IMG/VR virus record: IMGVR_UViG_3300036715_002535
Span: 47,837-111,836 of that record
Direction: 5' to 3' (one strand)
DNA: 64,000 nt
Source: a virus
The position numbers and the translations under genes are program-made. Below are positions 55,770-64,000 of the stretch, one piece after another (position 1 is the first letter of the stretch; each line of letters begins with the position of its first letter). Under the pieces are notes generated by a model. That model was not told the origin of the DNA. It saw only the letters and a program-made list of their open reading frames with translations, and searched no databases.

Positions 55770-58089
55770 CAGTAGAACCTGAATTGAATTTTGTAGTTGA
55801 GGTCATAGATTGGGTACGAACGAAATACAACTTTCAGAACGTACTGCAACAAGGAAGGGTAGATACTTGTAGAACGGAATCACAAAGATAACTTCGTCAT
55901 CAAAGATGAACAAGTTGAAGTATTTCCACTTGAACTTCAATCGGGTTCTCCCCTTTGGAAGTACTCGATTGCATCCTCAACCTGATCCCTAGTGAAGACA
56001 GGTTCTCCCTTGGGATTTCGTTGGGTGGATTTCTTACCCTTCATCACGTGGTATCCGAGGAGCTTCCATTCCTCGTAGGTCTTCATCTTCATGGATTATC
56101 AACTCCCTCAACAAGAGTCACCGGACCCTCAAACTGGAAAGGGATTTTCTTGAAGTGAATGATTGCATCGCACAGATCGTTGATTCCCACAACGATTTCG
56201 ATTCTCTGAACAAGTCCGATCAAGGAACCATCCGGTCCAATGACTCTAGTACCTTCAGAAGTACCATCGGACTCAATTCGAAGGGTGGATACAGCACTCT
56301 GGGTCATGGAAACTCCTTCTAGTTATAACCTCTATCTTGAAGTCCAAAGAAGATCTTGGCATGTTCCTTGGTAATGTAGATCGCACCTTCTTCGGTTCCA
56401 ATCACCATGCAGTGACCAAGATCTATCATGTGACCATGAACAACTTGGATGGTCCAGTCTACCTCACCTTGGCAGACTGCTTTGAACTCTTCGTGCTCTT
56501 TGGTCGGTACGCTATGTTTATTTGAAGTGTGAGACCTGCAGGAACCAGAACTTGGAACCACTCTTGAATTCTTGCGAGATTTCCCAGTTTACGAAGCATC
56601 TTCGTGTACATGTAGAAGTCGTAGGGTACCTTCAGATCTGAATGCATACGAAGCAATAGAACATTGTTCATATGCTCATCTACCGAAATACCTAGGTATG
56701 TCGACTCACGTTCCATTTTCTCCCATAGGAGAGGTGGAAGTCTTACAGGAAGATCAACAAAACCCTTCGGGCACCGTTTTGGTTTACCGACTCTAATGCT
56801 TTTCTCGAGATCGCTTAGCTTTTTCGTCATAGTTTCCTCAGAATGTCCTGAAGGTCGTAAATCCGTCTAGCGTGTACATCTATATTATCGCTAGGTTCTA
56901 GTGCCCAGTTGCAACAAACTTTTAATCCACGTCGCTCTGTTCTCCAGATGGTCATCACGAACCCCGCAACTCTTCGTTTTGTTCCAGCAGGTGGACGAAA
57001 CCACTCTAGAGATTCTAGCTGACAACCAAACCAACCCGACCAGCGATAGGTCACACCATCGATCCGATATTGGACGTGGTCTCTCATGGCTTGGAGAAGA
57101 AGAACTGTGGAGCCACTGCAAACTCCATTCTAAGGATACTCGGATCATCTTCCTTAGCGGTCATCACAGTATAGCCCCACAAGGTGCCTAGCACCCCTTG
57201 GTTTCGAAGAAGGGCGGAAGACTCTGGATCGAATCCAGAGTTCAGGTTGTAAAGGTGTAGCATTCGAATTGTATGCCCATTGGACTTCAGAATCATTTGT
57301 TCTGGAGTCCAGTCCGGGTTTTCCATCTCATGAGATACTTGCTTGAGAATCTCTTGAAGTTCGTGCTTCACTCCGTTGCTCATGTACCCTCTCAAATTTG
57401 TGCTTTGACTCGTTGAAACGTGATTCTTGAACTTTGATCCTGTATCCCAATAGGGAACCTCTCCAACCAGCATCAAGGGCTTCCTGCTTAGTTTCAGGAT
57501 CGATCATTCCGGGAGTATGTTCATGAATGAGATCGATCAAAGACTGGGTCAAACGAAGGATATGTGTTGTTGGATTCCAATCCCCTTTCCAAGCGGCAAT
57601 CTCGAGAGAAATATGGTGAAGATACACTTCAACTTCATTCTTCCAGAATGCTTCTTGAGTCATGCCTTCTCCCGAGCTTCTTTGAACGCAAGGATCTTTT
57701 CAATCGGAATCACCTCTTTGCCAAGAATTCGTTCTGCTTCGAGTGAAAGTGGCACGCATGATGGTTTGCTTCGAGACCTTCAAAAAAATCTTGAAGCCTG
57801 AGACTGGATCAAATGTGAGGGGAGTTCCATAATTTATTAACCCACGTTTAAATCGTTTTTACGTGGCGATTTTTCTTGACAGACCCTTGATAGGGCATCG
57901 AGGGATCAAACGAACCAAAGGCCCAGTAGCCAACGACTCCACATACCGGACAGTAAACTTCATATTCAGAAACTACATGATCCCCTTCAAACGACTTAAT
58001 AGTTTCTCGAACATTCCGTTCGTGACAGATGGGACAATCTCCAAGTGGAAACCAGTATCTCCACACTCTCTTGATGACTTGCCAGAAGG

Positions 58090-58290
58090 TCATAGCTGTT
58101 TCCACGAATGAATATCCTGCATTGCGAAGTCTCTGGTGTCATTCTTCTCCGCGTCAGTCGCCTTGAGGAAGAATTGGGCACCCAGATGATGTGCAGTCTC
58201 TCCCCACCATAGGAACTGAGGGTAAATTCCCCGGATTCTTCGTTCCCCTCTCCAGTTCGTGTAGTCGATCTCCACTAGGACTCGTTCCAT
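58090..58290 (-). CDS. Stand-alone WYL domain protein
   Basis: IDYTNWRGERRIRGIYP...QFFLKATD..K...RDFAMQDI. Confidence 0.75.
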   Translation of the reverse strand: MERVLVEIDYTNWRGERRIRGIYPQFLWWGETAHHLGAQFFLKATDAEKNDTRDFAMQDIHSWKQL

Positions 58291-59597
58291 TCGAGACTCC
58301 ACTGATATTCCCACCAGCGAACAGATCCGGATGGGTGGGGTTACCACAGGTGCAGGAGAAGGGTTCGCATCTTACGCAGGCCATCAGGGCTTCGTGAAGA
58401 AATCTGCAACTTCACGATTGAGAATTCCTCTCATTTGCTCCAAGAGCTGTTCGATCTCCGCATTTGTTCTCTGCAGATCTAGCAGGCTAGGAGCACCCTC
58501 ATATTGAGGATCTTTCCGAGCATGGTCGGAGGGTCTGAACATCTCTCCGTAGTGCAGCTTCATGCAACGCTCACACATGGGAAGGTGTTCTCTTCCCCAG
58601 AGCATTTTCAGGTTGCTATGGCAGTTTGGACACACTAGGCTCATGTTGAGATAACCTCTTCTCTCGGTACTCTTCGAGGGCTTTAATTGCTTCGGTACGA
58701 TTGAGGAATGGTCCAAGCTTGTTCTTCATGTTCAGCTCTTCAGGGTGGGCGAACCAATCGAACTTGAACTTGTGACCAGCAGCGACCTTCCGAACGATCC
58801 CTAGCTTGGGGTGAATCCAAGACCCATCGAGCAGGTTCTCCCAACGATCGTAGTTCCTCTTGTTCCCACCACCAGTTCCTTTTTCTTTGTGGGTTTCAAG
58901 AAGGGTTGGCATCTGCGTCATATTTTCAGACCTTTCCACCTTTGCGTTATGAATCTCAATGTGGTTAGGCCAAACATCTGTCAGGTCCCTCAAATCCCCT
59001 GTTTACGATTACTCAGAGCGAAGGGGAAGTTCTCGATCAAGGTGATCCGAGGATCAGAATCACCATAGCAATTCCAAAGATCCACATGAACCCAGGATTA
59101 CCTTGCTTGAGGTTGATGTAGGCTACTGCGAAGTGGCAACCAAAAGCGATGGGCGCCAACACTGCGTAAGACCTAGAAGAGGTCTAGTTTCTTTGGGAGC
59201 CTGGGACCAGATCTTACGAAGGAGATTCATGCTTCATCACTTTACATTGTGGGCAGTTGGAATCCTTCTCCAGTGAAGCTAAGCACATCTGGCAGATTGC
59301 GACTCCAAAGTTTGAAAGACCAACCTCACCCTTGAGGATGTGCTTACCACAGAGGAGGCATCCTGGAAGATGGCTCTCCATGAATGCTTCGTGGGTTTTA
59401 CTCTTGACTGAAGGGACTTCACGATACTCGTAGTTGATACACCCTTCACGGCAGTCGCATGCCCTTCGCTCCATCCACTCCCACCAGACCATCTTCTGAC
59501 CTTCACGAAGAGGGTAGGTTCCGACTGGACGAGGCTTCCAAGCGAAGTAACGCTTCCATTCCTTGTCAGGTGGTTCCGAGTGAAACCAGAACATTAG

Positions 59598-59883
59598 TGC
59601 TCCTGCTTGTCCAGACGAAGTTTGGCGTGCTCGTTGGTGTAGCCACCAGGGTAACGCTTCATCAACTTAGTCATGTTCGCTTTCGATGACTTGCTTGGAA
59701 TCGATCTTTCATCTGAATGCAGCTTTCTTTGAATGTCAAACCACCCTCGTGCACCAACCTAGGCTTAGGCGGAGCAGGAGGTTCAGGAGCATGCTCCTGT
59801 TTATCAAGACGAAGTTTCGCGTGCTCGTTGGTGTAGCCACCAGGGTAACGCTTCATCAACTTAATCATGTTAGCTTCAATGAC
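59598..59883. repeat. About 92-bp imperfect direct repeat (59598-59690, 59792-59883)
   Basis: Both copies encode VIE.NM.KLMKRYPGGYTNEHAKLRLDKQEH on the minus strand. Confidence 0.9.
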
Positions 59884-60315
59884 CTGCTCATCAGTTACGT
59901 TGAACCTGCGACACATTTCTTCGTAGTGGATGCCAATGTTGTAGAATTTGCGACGAATCTCCTCCCTTGAAGACTTTTCGTCTACGGTTTGATGCGTCAA
60001 AGAAAGAGCTGCTGCCGTTCGAAGAAACAACTTCAAGTTATCCCATCCGGAGAAGTAGATAGAAAGATTCTTAGGATCCACAGACTCGAAGATCTGGTTC
60101 AGTTCAGTGAGCCCAACCTGGAGATAGAAACGGAAATCCCCAAGCTCCTCGAGGATGTTCTTCTTGTCGAGAGGCTGCTCGTAGATGGTATGCTTCTTCC
60201 AAGCATCTGCGAGCTCACCAAGCTCTCCCAGCATGCCAATGAACGAATGATCCATTCGCTCACGATAGGTTGATTGTGGCTTTGCAAGGGTAGCAACAAA
60301 GTCTGGATAGTTCAT
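59671..60315 (-). CDS. MazG-like nucleotide pyrophosphohydrolase
   Basis: GELGELADAWKK...ILEELGD...N..KL.KRYP.G. Confidence 0.85.
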   Translation of the reverse strand: MNYPDFVATLAKPQSTYRERMDHSFIGMLGELGELADAWKKHTIYEQPLDKKNILEELGDFRFYLQVGLTELNQIFESVDPKNLSIYFSGWDNLKLFLRTAAALSLTHQTVDEKSSREEIRRKFYNIGIHYEEMCRRFNVTDEQVIEANMIKLMKRYPGGYTNEHAKLRLDKQEHAPEPPAPPKPRLVHEGGLTFKESCIQMKDRFQASHRKRT

Positions 60316-60347
60316 TAGTCCCTCATGGTCTAATGAGTAACCCTTGT

Positions 60348-60710
60348 CTAGTCAGCTTTCCAGGTAAAGTAAGCTTCATCCCAAGTCAGAATGTGCTGCA
60401 AGAAGTTGGTTCGAATGAATTCCAGAATCTTCTCAGAATTATCGTTCAGAACGCACTTCAAAGCGTGATCAACCATGAATTGAAGAATTCTTTGATGCTC
60501 GTTCTTGTGGGATTCGTAGAGAGGATACTTCGAATCCTTCATCTCCTGCTCTTCCTTGAAGAAGTGAGCAGTACAGTAGTCGATCAAGCGCCGAGAGAAA
60601 TCCCTTCGAATCCGAAGGTCCAACTCTTCTCCAACGTGTACCTTCGAACGGAGATCTTCGTACAAACGAAAGATCCCTTCATGGTCCTGAATCAGTTCAA
60701 TCCTACTCAT
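60348..60710 (-). CDS. Hemerythrin-like protein
   Basis: DHE, HFFKEE, HKNEH, HILTWD. Confidence 0.8.
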   Translation of the reverse strand: MSRIELIQDHEGIFRLYEDLRSKVHVGEELDLRIRRDFSRRLIDYCTAHFFKEEQEMKDSKYPLYESHKNEHQRILQFMVDHALKCVLNDNSEKILEFIRTNFLQHILTWDEAYFTWKAD

Positions 60711-60827
60711 TTCTCACCTCTATCTGCACAAAGGATCTCTCAACAGTTAGAGGTATCGCACATTCCATTATAGCCGTTCGGGAACACAAAAGGAAGTCCT
60801 TTCATATAATAGAAGGGAGGTATTTCC

Positions 60828-61247
60828 ATGAGCAACCTGAAACAAAAACCATGGTGGCTTCCAATTTACGGCAGATGGGTAACGATGTATCCTTACATCT
60901 ACTACCCTTCAAGTGTGAACGGTGAAGAGTACGCACTCAAGTACCCTTGGGTGATCGCACACGAAACAGTTCATCTTCGCCAGCAGAAAGAGTACAGTGG
61001 TGGTTTAACCAAGTGGTACATCAAGTACCTCACGGACAAGAAATTCCGTTTGGCAGCAGAGGTAGAAGCCATTGCGGTTGAATTGAACTACAATCTGGCT
61101 CGAGATCCTCGTTGGGTTGAAACTACCCTGATGCAGTACGCAGACGAGCTTTCCGGCTCCTCCTACTCCCACGCTGCGGATTCGAAGAATGAGGCAGTTC
61201 ATCTTCTCCGGACGGAACTGGGTAGAATTTCTGGAACTGTAATATAA
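60828..61247 (+). CDS. HExxH metallopeptidase-like protein
   Basis: AHETVHLRQQ...EVEA. Confidence 0.65.
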   Translation: MSNLKQKPWWLPIYGRWVTMYPYIYYPSSVNGEEYALKYPWVIAHETVHLRQQKEYSGGLTKWYIKYLTDKKFRLAAEVEAIAVELNYNLARDPRWVETTLMQYADELSGSSYSHAADSKNEAVHLLRTELGRISGTVI

Positions 61248-61266
61248 TTGATCAATGGGGGATGGC

Positions 61267-61575
61267 ATGGCTAAGCTAAAGATCATCGCAAGAATCCTAG
61301 AGCCTTCAGACTATCTCTGGCACGCTTACGATTCGGATCAACCGATGTCTCTGACAACACGCAATGGTCACAAGACCATTTCGATGCGGAAGGGAACCAA
61401 ATACGGAATTAGACCATCAACTAGTGGTTCTGCAATCCGAATGATAACGGAGATGTATGGACCAACCATCGTCTTTACCCTCACGATGGATGAGAAGCGT
61501 GCCCTTCTAGCTAAGTCCGTTCCCGCTCCCAAAGGGACTCTTCAGCAGGTGGCCCGGGTTCGAGCAGGTAAATGA
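61267..61575 (+). CDS. KLRIxA-leader protein (MAKLKIIA)
   Basis: Leader motif; upstream TATAATTG. Confidence 0.6.
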   Translation: MAKLKIIARILEPSDYLWHAYDSDQPMSLTTRNGHKTISMRKGTKYGIRPSTSGSAIRMITEMYGPTIVFTLTMDEKRALLAKSVPAPKGTLQQVARVRAGK

Positions 61576-63647
61576 CCTCTGAAGAACAAGAACGTGCTGA
61601 AAGAGCAAGCCATCTGCAGCTATCTACGGATATGCTTCGTGAGCAGCGGCATTGCCTGGCTATTCAATTTCAGATGATGAAGGATGCCCAGGAAAGACTA
61701 GAGCATCTGTCCACTTTCGCAGAGAACGTTGAAATCCTTCTGCCAACACTACAAATGAAGATTGTTAATCTGATCGGAATGATAGATGATTTAGAGGATG
61801 AGGTCAAGAAGAAAGGTCTCCTTCAACAAGAGAAAAAGACTTTTCTTTCTAAGCTCAGATCACTCTTTCGGTAACATTACAGTTTGACCTCGGAAGTCTT
61901 CCAAGAGTCTCTTCCAGAAGAGCATGTCCGAGACCTTACCACTGGTCTCCCAAGTCTTGTACCAGGGCTTAAGAAGATTTGCAAGCTGGGAGATATCAAT
62001 GTTCTCGAACTTACGAACTAGGAGTCGATTGTAAAGTTCTTCAATCTCTTTGTTCATAAATCCCCAGAGTAGCTTGTTGCGGATCTACGGATAGAATTTT
62101 GTTGATAGCTGGACAAGCGCTCATGCTTCTAATGATGGCGTCAAGCTTACAGTCTGGCTTGTGACCGGCAGATCCCTTGTAAGCCTCTACCAGTTCAGGA
62201 AGAGCTGCGTTTGGATCGTCCGGATCAAGACCACTGCAGACTGGGCAGTTGCTCAGAAGCATGATTGGACCTCTCCCCGTGATCAAAGAGAGCTTACCAA
62301 ACCATTCGAAGTAGAGCAGCATGTCTAGAGGAGTATGCACATCCTCGATGTTCATTTCCTTCTTACGGTCCTTGAGAAAGACCATCCCATCCTGAACTGT
62401 TGGTCTGCCCTCGGAGATATGTCTTAGCTTTTGGTTCATCAGCTCAACCTTCCGACTTCGAGGAGTCGAACGAAGACTCTAGGAATTGGTTCCTTGCGAA
62501 CTAGCTCAGCCGCAACAGTCATCACGTTCACATCAACCGAGACGCTTACATTCGTAGCTTCACAAACACGAATGCAAGGATCTGGATCCTTTGGAAAGTT
62601 GATGGAATACTCCACACCCTTTACTGGGAAATGATCTAATTCAACGTCCCGATAAAGTATGTACTTTTCTTTTGAAAGCATGAACCGAACAAGCATTAAT
62701 CCTCCACCTTATACGCAGTCTCGAACAGATTCCGAATTTCTTGGTCGCCTTCGAATTCAATCTCACGAGTCTTTGGATTGACATGGAGCAGGCAATGCTT
62801 CCAGTCGTTCGTGTACTTAGCGGAGCTAATTTTGAGGTATTCGAAGTGCTTGATGACATATTCTACGAAGATCTTCGCGGATTCGTCAGCTTCTCCCTCG
62901 AATTTCGCAGGAATAGTTCCAAAGTCAAATGAACCAACCTTCTGGTTGTTGGCTCCAAAGAACGTGAGGTTACCATAGGAAGCAACCTCTGAGTGGAACT
63001 CGTAACCTGTGTTGTCTCCCACCAAGTTGCTCTCATGCAGCTTGACGAGTTGGAGAGCTTCCCTCAGGTACTTGGGTAGATGAGGAGCATCTAGAATATC
63101 GTTGGTGAGTGCCGTGTTGAGATGTTGCCAAAGTAAGCGAGCAGTCTCTAGGCGGTTGTCGAAGCTAGCCATCTTCAACACCTGCAGGGCATTTACAATT
63201 CCTTCATATGCTACAAAGTCCCAGATTGGTTCTTTACGAAGGGACTGGGTAAACAACTCCAAGACCCTCTCTTTGTGATTTTCAAGTTTGAGAGGGGAGA
63301 CCATCGAGTGCCGCAAGTCAGAGTCCCATTCCCAGATTGCTCCTTCTTTCGTGGTACCAGAACTAGAGAAGGCACAAGAGGTACAACTTGCAATCCAGAT
63401 TTCTCCCTCCTGAGAGACCTTACCAGGCATTCCGCATGTTGGGCAGTTTTTCATGATAGTAGTTTCCTTAGATCGTCTTCGTTGAGTCTATGAAGCTCTG
63501 CACCAAGTTCGGTCAAAAGTACCTGTAGGATCCGTTCCCTCTCTGCTTTGGGTGCGCAGACCCAGCATAAACATTCCCCGGAAATGTTAACATTTCCCAT
63601 GGACTCCTGCGTCCACTTCCTGAAGCAAACAGGGCACTTCAGGCTGA

Positions 63648-64000
63648 TCATGTCAGGCTCACCCTGGACTGCCAGAAGTCTACCAGCGTCCAAGTGGGAG
63701 GGGCACCAACTTCTCTCAGCCTATGCTCTTCGGTTGTAGCGTCCACAAGGTCTTCGATCATCAAACCCTGTGGCATAGAATGGGTGAAGATATCGTAGTG
63801 CCCTTCGTACTTGTGGGCGATGTAGGTAATGGTCACAGGACCCATGAACCGACCAGTGTATTCTTCGCGAAGGTGGTCATACTCTCTGAAAGTGACCAGA
63901 TCCCCTTCACTGAAGGTTCGATCGTGGGTATCTCTCCACTCCCAGGGTTTGATACCCTTGAGTTTCGCTTCGAAGTAGACCGGCCAGATCTTAAGTTCGT
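63648..64000 (-). CDS. ASCH/DUF3850 domain protein, 5' end outside window
   Basis: Manual translation ELKIWPVYFEAKLKGIKPWEWR..DRTFSEGDLVTFREYD...YTGR. Confidence 0.8.
   Translation of the reverse strand, partial: ELKIWPVYFEAKLKGIKPWEWRDTHDRTFSEGDLVTFREYDHLREEYTGRFMGPVTITYIAHKYEGHYDIFTHSMPQGLMIEDLVDATTEEHRLREVGAPPTWTLVDFWQSRVSLT

Noticed and set aside
1-64000. Stop-codon reassignment suggested by the phage release factor
   Set aside because: Long genes are intact in code 11, and TAA, TAG and TGA all end genes at sensible, often coupled, positions

Overview
This window looks like part of a large (jumbo-type) dsDNA bacteriophage genome. It is densely packed with short, mostly unknown ORFs in the standard genetic code, and I saw no structural genes, tRNAs or CRISPR arrays. 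Recognisable genes are: the N-terminus of a B12-binding radical SAM enzyme, an RF1-like release factor split by an RF2-type CTT-TGA +1 frameshift site, a tyrosine-phosphatase-like protein, SWIM, J-domain and GIY-YIG proteins, QueC, a metallophosphoesterase, three hemerythrins, an acyl carrier protein, HD and MazG hydrolases, a GyrA/ParC subunit with a mini-intein, a deoxyhypusine-synthase-like enzyme, an AAA+ ATPase, and WYL and ASCH proteins. Two recurring DNA motifs organise the window. The first is a palindromic sigma70-like promoter (CCTTGAC-N9-GTCAAGGGTATATT, 14 copies, 2.7-37.1 kb). The second is a GGTTA-based, often back-to-back, promoter-like motif. The best candidate for an undescribed system is a set of at least 12 otherwise unrelated proteins sharing the N-terminal peptide M-x(0-1)-K-[LMI]-[RHK]-[IV]-x-A. 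Several sit behind a duplicated promoter-plus-leader DNA cassette, and one payload is an ADP-ribosyltransferase. By analogy with T4 internal head proteins, I infer a modular capsid-targeting/processing tag for virion-packaged effectors. A candidate replication origin lies at 38.2-40.4 kb, with its motifs also embedded in in-frame insertions of gyrA. Family assignments come from motif recognition only; no searches were run. A few homopolymer frameshifts suggest some assembly errors.
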